Origin: Macrostomum lignano
Taxonomy: Eukaryota
Assembly (NCBI GenBank): GCA_002269645.1
Contig: NIVC01000038.1
Location: forward strand, 372,001-436,000
Length of the DNA: 64,000 nt
Direction of reading: 5' to 3'
Shown here: positions 46,001 to 58,400 of the stretch, in pieces
How the letters are laid out: the number at the start of each line of letters is the position of its first letter
Position numbering within the stretch: position 1 is the stretch's first letter
Translations under genes and position numbers: made by a program
The notes under the pieces: model-generated
What the model was told of the DNA's origin: nothing
Seen by the model: only the letters and a program-made list of their open reading frames with translations
The model's database searches: none

Positions 46001-48581
46001 GATCTGGGAGGCTGGCCCAGCAACTGAGGATCTGGAAGGCTGGCCCAGTAATTGAGGATCTGGGAGGCTTTTTAAGCCCCCTTTTTAAGTCCTCGTGTCA
46101 CTTCGATCTCGTTTTTAATCCGACAGCCCGAGGTGTAGATCCGCACAATACTTTACTGTCATATCATGGACTTTTCAAAGAGACTATCTGGATAGAAATT
46201 TCTGGTTAGGGTTTGATGCCCAATGTTTTTCTAATAAATAAAGTACTTTTATTGCAGCTGTTTCCAGATCTTTTGTTTCAGACAAGCGTCATTGAAATTG
46301 AGAAACTATAATAGTCATCTTTCTTTAGGGATCTATCCAGACGTCTAGCACAATGGGGATTAAATTGTTTGTTTTTAGACTTTTGCCATCTTCTTATAGT
46401 ATTTTGCATGCCTTGCTCCAATACACTTGGCGACAGATGTAGAGGCGCGAGCGAAGAGGAACAGAATTAGAAGTTTTAGAAGGAATCCAGAATTGTTATG
46501 CGAGTTGAGGGAGAGAAAGAAGAGAGAAAAATCCTCAAGCCTCAGTAGAGGGGGGTCCGCCTCCCTCCCTCCCCTTGTCCGAACCGCGCGGCTCATTAAG
46601 AGAGCCTCGTCAGAAGCACTAATTGAGATTGGAGCGGACGAGTTGGGATGAGGCGGGCCTGAGCTTAGAGAGTCGAGCTGCAAGTGCCCCCGTTCGAGTC
46701 CTATAGTCACTGGCATTCTGAGACACTTCTGAGTAGCTCCAAGGCCTAACAAGTCGAAGTAGACTTAAATGCGATTTCTGAAATGCCGCCGCCGCACCTC
46801 CCCATTTGAGTCTTCGAGCAAGGCGGCTTCCGTGAGCTCACGGCAGGGAGGGAGAGACTGACACAGCTGTAATTTTGTCAAAGCAATTTTCGTTTTGCCC
46901 CGCCCTTAAGACCTATAGTCTTTAATTTAGCCTCAATAAAAGCGATGACTCAATATCTGTTCAAATCTTTTTCGTCAATTAAATACTCAAAGTAGGCGAA
47001 ATTTTAAAATTTTGCTGTACGAAAATTTGCTCCCTAGCCGGTTGATTGCATTGTGGCTACATAAGGCAGCTTGAAAAGCATTGGAAATCCAGAGCATGCT
47101 CTCTCGAATTTCAGCGGTCAAGAGGCACTGCAGAGGAGTCGGGATGTCTGGCAAGGATATCTCGCTGCCGCAGCAAATTGGCGTTGACAGGTCTCTGCTG
47201 GCGAAATCTGTGAGTCATATTATTGCCTTCTGAGGTTATTTTTGAAGTTAGTAGATAGGACTAGCGCACTAACCCCCGCGCCCCCTCGGGGGGCAGGTAC
47301 ATGTCATCTATTTAAAAAATAGCCATTCCTGTTGCAAACAAAGTCATGCCCATTCAATGTAGCTTCAAGATAGAAAAGGTGTCATTAGGAAACGGTGGGC
47401 AATTCTTAGATGATAATTATCAACCAGTCTAGGGAATTCCCATTTCCCATTGAGCCTTGAGATCTACTGTACACCCAACTGCGTTTGCTACGCCAATTTC
47501 TCCCGAGAACACAAAACCAACCATGGAATTTCTCGCTTCAAACTTCGGACTAAACTAGGGGCCGACAAAATAGTTCTTCTCAAAGGCCAGATAAAGAACC
47601 TAGTGCATGACTGGGGGCAGAGGGGAGAGAGGAGAGAGGAAGAGAGGAGAGCAGAGAGGAAAGAGGGGAGGGGAGAGGAGAGGGGAGAGAAGAGAGGAGA
47701 GAAGAGAGGAGAGAAGAGAGGAGAGAATAGAGGAGAGAAGAGAGGAGAGAAGAGAGGAAAGAGGAAAGAAGAGAGGTGAGAAGAGAGGAGAGAAGAGAGG
47801 AATGAGGAGAGAAGAGAGGAATGAGGAGAGAAGAGAGGAGAGAAGAGAGGAGAGAAGAGAGGAGAGAAGAGAGGAGAGAAGAGAGGAGAGAAGATAGGAG
47901 CTTAGAGAGAAGGCAGCTAGAAGAGACACGAACCTTCAGCAGGCCGGACCGCTATTGTAACGTTTCAAAGGACCCGAGGGCCGGATAGAGGGCCCACGGG
48001 CCGGAGTTAATTGGCAATCTCTGATCATACAATAAAAAAATCAACTTCCATCAAACTTCCAGGCCGCTACGCAGCAGCAGCAGCAGCTTCAATCGGCTCA
48101 GGCATTCGCACTTGACACACGGCGTCGACGACAGAGCATCGAATCTTCACCTCCGCCAGGCTACTACAACTACCCGGATGGCAAGCGGCAGCCGCAGCAG
48201 CAGCAGCAGCTCCTGTTTGCCACACAGTCGCGAAACCTGCTTCAACGCAATGGAAGCAGCAATTTTCTACCTCAACCAGTAGCCGGAGTGGCCTCGTCCT
48301 ATCAGACAATTCGTCCGTCGCTTCGTCCAGCTGAGATGGAAGCGATCGGTGGCAACTACTCGCAGCTGCTCATGCACGGATCCGGTCCCGCCGCGCCTGG
48401 CAGGGAAGACGCCGAGGATCACCTTGCTGAGACAGTGACAGCGGCGGGTCAGACCGGCGCAACTCTTCGACACGATGACTCGGTCGGCACGCCAGCTTCG
48501 GCGAGGAAATCTTCGACTCAGTCTGTCGGCACTGTCGGTAAAAAGCTGAGAACGCCGTATACTACTGTCAGTTTTGTTTAA
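40095..48581 (+). CDS. Protocadherin-like protein (signal peptide, 7 cadherin repeats, TM, cytoplasmic tail ending TVSFV), 3 coding exons, ~1101 aa
   Basis: Exons 40095-42786 (donor GTAAGT), 47115-47209, 48063-48581; phases 1/0 reconcile. Cadherin motifs DxD, LDRE, DxNDN repeated seven times; TM LTAIVGLMIATGVLIVVLVFAVCLL. The supplied 1027-aa ORF reads through the first donor into intron. Confidence 0.88.
42950..43150. repeat. ~35-bp C-rich short array at the start of protocadherin intron 1
   Basis: Recurring catccgtttccgcccccattttccgctcccctct. Confidence 0.8.
44165..45165 (+). repeat. 28-bp minisatellite with higher-order (~9-unit, 252-bp) structure
   Basis: Unit gccagcctcccagatcctcagttgctgg; variant order ggac/ttggc/ggac/gagc/cgggc recurs three times. 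Confidence 0.95.
45680..46070 (-). repeat. 28-bp minisatellite, inverted array
   Basis: Unit gctgaggatctgggaggctggcccagca, reverse complement of 44165-45165. Confidence 0.95.
47615..47905. repeat. GA-rich 12-bp repeat in protocadherin intron 2
   Basis: Unit gagaagagagga. Confidence 0.9.
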
Positions 48582-49134
48582 CATGCTGCCGATGGGAGAC
48601 TTTAAGAGGCTTTAGTTCCTGAGAGGCGCTTGTGGTCGTGCACTTGTAGGGTCTGTCTGTTTCACCGGTTCTAGCGGGTCTGGTACAACTAACTGCCGAA
48701 CCCAAACCCAAACGTCTCTTTTAACGTCCTTTAAAGTCCATTTGATAACAAGACGCACTTGCGCCAGTGCAACCCAGTGCTATCATTGCACATTAGAGCT
48801 GCTAGTACTTGTACATATGTACAATTAAAAATTATATACGCGTAATTATTTATACCTTGCTAATTGACGACATAGTCATGTAGAATATTGTCAACTTGAA
48901 TGTCAAAACAAATTAAGATGCCTTTTTTGATATTGTTCGTCACCATTGTGAAGCGAATTTTTGTTTAACTGCAGTATTCAAGTGTTAATAAAACTTTGAT
49001 GACAAATTATGCAATTTAAACATTCAAAAAACAACTTGATGTGTTAACATGTAAGTTTTGGCTTGACTTAATCGTCTCTGCTCAGTAGGCAACCAATGTT
49101 CATAAAGTTGAACATATAAAATCGTTTATGCATC

Positions 49135-49680
49135 GCCTCCCAGATCCTCAGTTGCTGAGCCAGCCTCCCAAATTCTCAGTCTCTGGGCCAGCCTCCCAGA
49201 TCCTCAGTTGCTGAGCCAGCCTCCCAAATTCTCAGTCTCTGGGCCAGCCTCCCAGATCCTCAGTGTAGAGAGCGAAGCCGAGAGAGAGAAAGTTATGTGT
49301 TGTGTGTAGCCGATAAAGCCTTAAGCTATTGTAGGCTCTGTGCGATCGATTTATATATTTAGCAGCGACCCTGCAGTTGAGACTGCGTACATTAAAAACA
49401 GAAAGCCAAGAATATTGGATGTACATCGGAAATGCACACCAGGACTAAAAACACTTATTATGCAAGCACTGGGCAGCAGGTGCCTACACTCAGTTGCTGG
49501 GCCAGCCTCCCAGATCCTCAGTCTCTGGGCCAGCCTCCCAGATCCTCAGTCTCTGGGCCAGCCTCCCAGATCCTCAGTCTCTGTTCCAGCCTCCCAGATC
49601 CTCAGTCTCTGTTCCAGCCTCCCAGATCCTCAGTCTCTGGGCCAGCCTCCCAGATCCTCAGTTTCCGGGATCCTCAGTTG
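49135..49680 (+). repeat. 28-bp minisatellite, two short arrays (49135-49265 and 49490-49680)
   Basis: Same family as 44165-45165. Confidence 0.9.
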
Positions 49681-50324
49681 CCGGGACATGTGCACTTTGC
49701 GCTCTTTAAGACATTGTCACAACCGGCGAGAGGCATTACTGCCCATTCCGCCGACTCCCCTGAGCAGAAACACAAGCGCGCGGATATGTATAGTAGGCAG
49801 TATGTAGGCAGGCACACACTCACACAGGAGTGTACAGCGGCCCTAACTTTATTTATCGTTAGGCATGTACACTTCACTGCTCCTTGGGTGGTTGTCCTTC
49901 AATCGCAAATCAATTTGACTGCACTTGGAATCGAGCCTGGGCCGCTGGCATATCACAGGTAATGATAGTGTCACTGATAGAATCCCAGGCAGCTGACTGG
50001 CTAACTTCAGGCAGATCACAAAACTTTTCACAACACTGTTGTTTCGGCGTTTTGTTCGTTGCATTGTGGAAGTGACTGAACGCATAGCTGGGGTTAACTT
50101 AAATAAAGTTTAGTCGCTAGGGATCTATTAGTGATGTTAGTCAGTGGTGTACGCGGCAAGGGGGAGGGCGCTACCCTCCCTCTCATAGCCTCCCACAATA
50201 ATTGCATTCAGACAAAAACTAAATAAGAGGCAAACCAGCTCCGACAAATAAATGACTGCTCAACTTTTTCCACCTCTATAGACGCGACATTCACCATGGC
50301 ATAGAAGACAAGGGTAGGGGCGCC

Positions 50325-50705
50325 CACCAAGAGACAGGGGCGCCCACCAAGAGACAGGGGCGCCCAACAAGAGACAGGGGCACCCAACAAGAGACAGGGA
50401 CGCCAACCAAGAGACAGGGGCGCCCAACAAGAGACAGGGGCGCCCACCAAGAGACAGGGACGCCCACTAAGAGACAGGGGCGCCCACCAAGAGACAGGGG
50501 CGCCAACCAAGAGACAGGGGCGCCCACCAAGAGACAGGGGCGCCAACCAAGAGACAGGGGCGCCAACCAAGAGACAGGGGCGCCAACCAAGAGACAGGGG
50601 CGCCCAACAAGAGACAGGGGCGCCCACCTAGAGACAGGGACACCCACCATAATACACGGATAGAGACAGGGGCGCCCAACAAGAGACAGGGGCGCCCACT
50701 AAGAC
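50325..50705. repeat. 20-bp minisatellite
   Basis: Unit agacaggggcgcccaccaag. Confidence 0.92.
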
Positions 50706-51409
50706 ACCAAGAATCGGCGCCCCTCTTAGGGTTGCGGCCCCTTAAAATTAAAATTTCTTCGTACGCTCCTGCCTCTAGAAGTCCATGCCAGCAAGAATGG
50801 GACAATAATTATTAAAGAGGGTCAGGGTAGGCTGGGTAGCTGAATGACTGGGTAGAACTGAAACCCGAAGCTCCCAACCCCCCCTCCCCCAACTGATTCA
50901 GCGGGCACATACATATACACTGTAATTGGTATAGAATTTCACGCAAACCAATTGGTAGCTGAATTTGAAAAATTCCCTCTTCTTCGGGAGCCCCAACGCG
51001 AATTTTTACCTACACCACGGCCTGCGAATGTTTGCACAATTGCGGCCAAACTAACTGAGAGAGAGTGAGGCAGTTGCGGGGTGAAAGTCATAAAGGCCAG
51101 CAACAGTTATAGAGAGCGCAGTGCTAGAGATAGCAGGAGACACACGCAGCCAGGCAGATAGGAGAGAAAGGCATTGTTTATATGATAAAAGAAAATTTGT
51201 GTTAAGGGCGCGCGGGGGCAATAGTTGGAGAAGATAGGCACCAAAACGCCTGAACCAAGGATTAAGGAAGCTATATGGGGATAAATAAAAATTTCTGGTT
51301 GTTGCCAAGCTGGGGTTCGAAGTCGAATTGGTGGCGTGCCAAGGTGACTGCTGTAAAGGAGTCTGGAGAGCGAGTTCAGTGTTCTTAGCTTGCCTCAATT
51401 TCTGTTAAG

Positions 51410-51905
51410 TGAACCGCAGGTGAGATTTTGGCGCTATTTAAGCGCCGCAAGTGAGATTCTGGCGATTTTGGAACACCTTAAGATTTTAGCGACATTTAAG
51501 CGCCTCAAGTGAGACTTTGGCGCCATTTAAGCGCCGCAAGTAAGATTATGGCGCCATTTTAGCGCCTTAAGTAAGACTTTAGCGACATTTAAGCGCCTCA
51601 AGTGAGATTTTTCCGCCCTTTTAACACCTTCAGTGAAATTTTGGCGCCATTTAAAGCGCCGCAAGTGAAATTTTGGCGCCATTTAAGCGCCGCAAGCGAC
51701 ATTTTGGTGCCATTTAAGCGCCGCAAGCGACATTTTGGCGCTATTTAAGCGCCGCAAGCGAGATTTTGGTGCCATTTAAGCGCCGCAAGCGAGATTTTGG
51801 CGCCATTTAAGCGCCGCAGCTGAGATTTTAGCGCCATTTAAGCGCCGCGAGCAAGATTTTGGCGCTATTTAAGCGCCGCAAGCGAGATTTTGGCGCCATT
51901 TAAGC
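51410..51905. repeat. ~31-bp minisatellite
   Basis: Unit ttttggcgccatttaagcgccgcaagtgaga. Confidence 0.9.
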
Positions 51906-52494
51906 TCCAATGAGATTAGACTTGCTTCCACTTATTTTGCTAGCAAAGAAATGAATGCATGCATAGGCCGACCCAACACTCCAGACTCCATGTTTCCAGG
52001 GGGATCTCCATGCGCGATGCAGCAGAACAAGCCTCCCAGTTACCATCGGAGTGGAAGGGCACGGCTGATAAGGACCGGATCGCATAGTCAGTCAGTCAGT
52101 CTTGTTCCTTCCAAGCTTGCAGTTCTCTCTGTTAACAAATCTCTACACCCTCCCCCCCCCCCCCTACAGATTTGAGAAGCGTTGACAGACAGCCAGCGGC
52201 ATTCGACCGTCCCGTTTACAACCTGGAACAGGTTTTATAGCGGCGTAGGTAACCCCCCCCCCCCCTGTTTCATCCACATTGACTGACCGATTGTGCTATA
52301 AAAATTCGACAAATATAAAATTTATCAATGCAATTTACAGTGCAATTGCCCATGTGGGATAGCTGAAGGCACTGTGCAGGTCTTGTAGCAGGTGACGGAA
52401 GCGTTTGTCTTGTGAAGTAATAATACTGCGATTTTACGAGCTATATCTTTTATACAGGTTTCCCTGTTCGCTTCTCTGTTCGAAAGGTAAAGCC

Positions 52495-55400
52495 TCAGTG
52501 TGTGTTTCAGAGTCAATCCCAGTGTCTGCCTTAGTATCTGTCTCAGTGTCTGCCTTAGTGTCTGTCTCAGTGTCTGTCCCAGTGTCTGTCCCAGCGTCTG
52601 TCTCAGTGTCAATCCCAGTGTCTGTCTCAGTGTCTGTCTTAGTGTCTGTCCCAGTGTCTGTCCCAGTGTCTGTCTCAGTGTCTGTCTCAGTGTCTGTCTC
52701 AGTGTCTGTCCCAGTGTCTGTCTCAGTGTCTGTCCCAGTGTCTGTCTCAGTGTCTGTCTCAGTGTCTGCCTTAGTGTCTGTCTCAGTGTCTGCCTTAGTG
52801 TCTGTCTCAGTGTCTGTCCCAGTGTCTGTCCCAGCGTCTGTCTCAGTGTCAATCTCAGTGTCTGTCTCAGTGTCTGTCCCAGTGTCTGTCTCAGTGTCTG
52901 TCCCAGTGTCTGTCTCAGTGTCTGTCCCAGTGTCTGTCTCAGTGTCTGTCCCAGTGTCTGTCCCAGCGTCTGTCTCAGTGTCAATCCCAGTGTCTGTCTC
53001 AGTGTCTGTCCCAGTGTCTTTCCCAGTGTCTGTCTCAGTGTCAATCGCAGTGTCTGTCCCAGTGTCTGTCCCAGTGTCTGTCTTAGTGTCTGTCTCAGTG
53101 TCTGTCCCAGTGTCTGTCTTAGTGTCTGTCACAGTGTCTTCTGTCTCAGTGTCTGTCTTAGTGTCTGTCTCAGTGTCTGTCCCAGTGTCTGTCTCAGTGT
53201 CTGTCTCAGTGTCTGTCTCAGTGTCTGTCTCAGTGTCTGCCTCAGTGTCTGTCTCAGTGTCTGTCTTAGTGTCTGTCTCAGTGTCTGTCTCAGTGTCTGT
53301 CTCAGTGTCTGTCTTAGTGTCTGTCCCAGTGTCTGTCTCAGTGTCTGTCCCAGTGTCTGTCTCAGTGTCTGTCCCAGTGTCTGTCCCAGCGTCTGTCTCA
53401 GTGTCAATCCTAGTGTCTGTCTCAGTGTCTGTCCCAGTGTCTGTCCCAGCGTCTGTCTCAGTGTCAATCCCAGTGTCTGTCCCAGTGTCTGTCCCAGTGT
53501 CTGTCTCAGTGTCTGTCTTAGTGTCTGTCTTAGTGTCTGTCTCAGTGTCTGTCACAGTGTCTTCTGTCTCAGTGTCTGTCTTAGTGTCTGTCTCAGTGTC
53601 TGTCTCAGTGTCTGTCTCAGTGTCTGTCTCAGTGTCTGTCTCAGTGTCTGTCTTAGTGTCTGCCTCAGTGTCTGTCTCAGTGTCTGTCCCAGTGTCTGTC
53701 CCAGCGTCTGTCTCAGTGTCAATCCCAGTGTCTGTCCCAGTGTCTGTCTCAGTGTCTGTCTCAGTGTCTGTCTCAGTGTCTGCCTCAGTGTCTGTCCCAG
53801 TGTCTGTCCCAGCGTCTGTCTCAGTGTCAATCCTAGTGTCTGTCTCAGTGTCTGTCCCAGTGTCTGTCCCAGCGTCTGTCTCAGTGTCATTCCAGTGTCT
53901 GTCCCAGTGTCTGTCCCAGTGTCTGTCTCAGTGTCTGTCTTAGTGTCTGTCTTAGTGTCTGTCTCAGTGTCTGTCTCAGTGTCTGTCTTAGTGTCTGTCT
54001 CAGTGTCTGTCTCAGTGTCTGTCTCAGTGTCTGTCTCAGTGTCTGTCCCAGTGTCTGTCTCAGTGTCTGTCCCAGTGTCTGTCTCAGTGTCTGTCCCAGT
54101 GTCTGTCCCAGCGTCTGTCTCAGTGTCAATCCTAGTGTCTGTCTCAGTGTCTGTCCCAGTGTCTGTCCCAGCGTCTGTCTCAGTGTCAATCCCAGTGTCT
54201 GTCCCAGTGTCTGTCTCAGTGTCTGTCTCAGTGTCTGTCTCAGTGTCTGTCTCAGTGTCTGTCTCAGTGTCTGTCTTAGTGTCTGTCTCAGTGTCTGTCT
54301 TAGTGTCTGTCTCAGTGTCTGTCTCAGTGTCTGTCTCAGTGTCTGTCTCAGTGTCTGTCCCAGTGTCTGTCTCAGTGTCTTTCCCAGTGTCTGTCTCAGT
54401 GTCTGTCTTAGTGTCTGTCTCAGTGTCTGTCTCAGTGTCTGTCTTAGTGTCTGTCCCAGTGTCTGTCTTAGTGTCTGTCTTAGTGTCTGTCTCAGTGTCT
54501 GTCCCAGTGTCTGTCTCAGTGTGTGTCTCAGTGTGTGTCTCAGTGTCTGTCTTAGTGTCTGTCTCAGTGTCTGTCTCAGTGTCTGTCTCAGTGTCTGTCT
54601 CAGTGTCTGTCCCAGTGTCTGTCTCAGTGTCTGTTCCAGTGTCTGTCTCAGTGTCTGTCCCAGTGTCTGTCCCAGCGTCTGTCTCAGTGTCAATCCTAGT
54701 GTCTGTCTCAGTGTCTGTCCCAGTGTCTGTCTCAGTGTCTGTCCCAGTGTCTGTCTCAGTGTCTGTCCCAGTGTCTGTCCCAGCGTCTGTCTCAGTGTCA
54801 ATCCCAGTGTCTGTCTCAGTGTCTGTCCCAGTGTCTTTCCCAGTGTCTGTCTCAGTGTCAATCGCAGTGTCTGTCCCAGTGTCTGTCCCAGTGTCTGTCT
54901 TAGTGTCTGTCTCAGTGTCTGTCCCAGTGTCTGTCTTAGTGTCTGTCACAGTGTCTTCTGTCTCAGTGTCTGTCTTAGTGTCTGTCTCAGTGTCTGTCTC
55001 AGTGTCTGTCTCAGTGTCTGTCTCAGTGTCTGTCTTAGTGTCTGCCTCAGTGTCTGTCTCAGTGTCTGTCTTAGTGTCTGTCTCAGTGTCTGTCTCAGTG
55101 TCTGTCTCAGTGTCTGTCCCAGTGTCTGTCTCAGTGTCTGTCCCAGTGTCTGTCTCAGTGTCTGTCCCAGTGTCTGTCCCAGCGTCTGTCTCAGTGTCAA
55201 TCCTAGTGTCTGTCTCAGTGTCTGTCCCAGTGTCTGTCCCAGTGTCTGTCTCAGTGTCAATCCCAGTGTCTGTCCCAGTGTCTGTCCCAGTGTCTGTCTC
55301 AGTGTCTGTCTTAGTGTCTGTCTTAGTGTCTGTCTCAGTGTCTGTCTCAGTGTCAATCCCAGTGTCTGTCCCAGTGTCTGTCCCAGTGTCTGTCCCAGTG

Positions 55401-58400
55401 TCTGTCTCAGTGTCTGTCTCAGTGTCTGTCTCAGTGTCTGTCTTAGTGTCTGTCTCAGTGTCTGTCTTAGTGTCTGTCTCAGTGTCTGTCTCAGTGTCTG
55501 TCTCAGTGTCTGTCCCAGTGTCTGTCTCAGTGTCTGTTCCAGTGTCTGTCTCAGTGTCTGTCCCAGTGTCTGTCCCAGCGTCTGTCTCAGTGTCAATCCT
55601 AGTGTCTGTCTCAGTGTCTGTCCCAGTGTCTGTCCCAGCGTCTGTCTCAGTGTCAATCCCAGTGTCAATCCCAGTGTCTGTCCCAGTGTCTGTCCCAGTG
55701 TCTGTCTCAGTGTCTGTCTTAGTGTCTGTCTTAGTGTCTGTCTCAGTGTCTGTCTTAGTGTCTGTCCCAGTGTCTGTCTCAGTGTCTGTCCCAGTGTCTG
55801 TCTCAGTGTGTGTCTCAGTGTGTGTCTCAGTGTCTGTCTTAGTGTCTGTCTTAGTGTCTGTCTCAGTGTCTGTCTCAGTGTCTGTCTTAGTGTCTGTCTC
55901 AGTGTCTGTCTCAGTGTCTGTCTCAGTGTCTATCCCAGTGTCTGTCTTAGTGTCTGTCACAGTGTCTTCTGTCTCAGTGTCTGTCTCAGTGTCTGTCTCA
56001 GTGTCTGTCTTAGTGTCTGTCCCAGTGTCTGTCTTAGTGTCTGTCTTAGTGTCTGTCTCAGTGTCTGTCCCAGTGTCTGTCTCAGTGTGTGTCTCAGTGT
56101 GTGTCTCAGTGTCTGTCTTAGTGTCTGTCTTAGTGTCTGTCTTAGTGTCTGTCTCAGTGTCTGTCCCAGTGTCTGTCCCAGTGTCTGTCTCAGTGTCTGT
56201 CCCAGTGTCTGTCTCAGTGTCTGTCCCAGTGTCTGTCTCAGTGTCTGTCCCAGTGTCTGTCTCAGTGTCTGTCCCAGTGTCTGTCTCAGTGTCTGTCCCA
56301 GTGTCTGTCTTAGTGTCTGTCACAGTGTCTTCTGTCTCAGTGTCTGTCTCAGTGTCTGTCTCAGTGTCTGTCTCAGTGTCTGTCTTAGTGTCTGTCTCAG
56401 TGTCTGTCTTAGTGTCTGTCCCAGTGTCTGTCTCAGTGTCTGTCCCAGTGTCTGTCTCAGTGTGTGTCTCAGTGTGTGTCTCAGTGTCTGTCTTAGTGTC
56501 TGTCTTAGTGTCTGTCTCAGTGTCTGTCTCAGTGTCTGTCTTAGTGTCTGTCTCAGTGTCTGTCTCAGTGTCTGTCTCAGTGTCTATCCCAGTGTCTGTC
56601 TTAGTGTCTGTCACAGTGTCTTCTGTCTCAGTGTCTGTCTCAGTGTCTGTCTTAGTGTCTGTCTCAGTGTCTGTCTCAGTGTCTGTCTTAGTGTCTGTCC
56701 CAGTGTCTGTCTTAGTGTCTGTCTTAGTGTCTGTCTCAGTGTCTGTCCCAGTGTCTGTCTCAGTGTGTGTCTCAGTGTGTGTCTCAGTGTCTGTCTTAGT
56801 GTCTGTCTTAGTGTCTGTCTTAGTGTCTGTCTCAGTGTCTGTCCCAGTGTCTGTCCCAGTGTCTGTCTCAGTGTCTGTCTCAGTGTCTGTCCCAGTGTCT
56901 GTCTCAGTGTGTGTCTCAGTGTGTGTCTCAGTGTCTGTCTTAGTGTCTGTCTTAGTGTCTGTCTCAGTGTCTGTCTCAGTGTCTGTCTTAGTGTCTGTCT
57001 CAGTGTCTGTCTCAGTGTCTGTCTCAGTGTCTATCCCAGTGTCTGTCTTAGTGTCTGTCACAGTGTCTTCTGTCTCAGTGTCTGTCTCAGTGTCTGTCTT
57101 AGTGTCTGTCTCAGTGTCTGTCTTAGTGTCTGTCCCAGTGTCTGTCTTAGTGTCTGTCTTAGTGTCTGTCTCAGTGTCTGTCCCAGTGTCTGTCTCAGTG
57201 TGTGTCTCAGTGTGTGTCTCAGTGTCTGTCTTAGTGTCTGTCTTAGTGTCTGTCTTAGTGTCTGTCTCAGTGTCTGTCCCAGTGTCTGTCCCAGTGTCTG
57301 TCTCAGTGTCTGTCCCAGTGTCTGTCTCAGTGTCTGTCCCAGTGTCTGTCTCAGTGTCTGTCCCAGTGTCTGTCTCAGTGTCTGTCCCAGTGTCTGTCTC
57401 AGTGTCTTCCCAGTGTCTGTCTTAGTGTCTGTCACAGTGTCTTCTGTCTCAGTGTCTGTCTCAGTGTCTGTCTCAGTGTCTGTCTCAGTGTCTGTCTTAG
57501 TGTCTGTCTCAGTGTGTGTCCCAGTGTCTGTCCCAGTGTCTGTCCTAGTGTCTGTCTCAGTGTGTGTCCCAGTGTCTGTCCCAGTGTCAATCCCAGTGTC
57601 TGTCCCAGTGTCTGTCCCAGTGTCTGTCTCAGTGTCTGTCTTAGTGTCTGTCTTAGTGTCTGTCTCAGTGTCTGTCTTAGTGTCTGTCCCAGTGTCTGTC
57701 TCAGTGTCTGTCCCAGTGTCTGTCTCAGTGTGTGTCTCAGTGTGTGTCTCAGTGTCTGTCTTAGTGTCTGTCTTAGTGTCTGTCTCAGTGTCTGTCTCAG
57801 TGTCTGTCTTAGTGTCTGTCTCAGTGTCTGTCTCAGTGTCTGTCTCAGTGTCTATCCCAGTGTCTGTCTTAGTGTCTGTCACAGTGTCTTCTGTCTCAGT
57901 GTCTGTCTCAGTGTCTGTCTCAGTGTCTGTCTTAGTGTCTGTCCCAGTGTCTGTCTTAGTGTCTGTCTTAGTGTCTGTCTCAGTGTCTGTCCCAGTGTCT
58001 GTCTCAGTGTGTGTCTCAGTGTGTGTCTCAGTGTCTGTCTTAGTGTCTGTCTTAGTGTCTGTCTTAGTGTCTGTCTCAGTGTCTGTCCCAGTGTCTGTCC
58101 CAGTGTCTGTCTCAGTGTCTGTCCCAGTGTCTGTCTCAGTGTCTGTCCCAGTGTCTGTCTCAGTGTCTGTCCCAGTGTCTGTCTCAGTGTCTGTCCAGTG
58201 TCTGTCTCAGTGTCTGTCCCAGTGTCTGTCTTAGTGTCTGTCACAGTGTCTTCTGTCTCAGTGTCTGTCTCAGTGTCTGTCTCAGTGTCTGTCTCAGTGT
58301 CTGTCTTAGTGTCTGTCTCAGTGTCTGTCTTAGTGTCTGTCCCAGTGTCTGTCTCAGTGTCTGTCCCAGTGTCTGTCTCAGTGTGTGTCTCAGTGTGTGT

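Noticed and set aside
46230-46900. ORFs 46375-46752 and 46427-46651 in protocadherin intron 1
   Set aside because: No recognisable domain or splice context; possibly a decayed TE fragment that I cannot classify.
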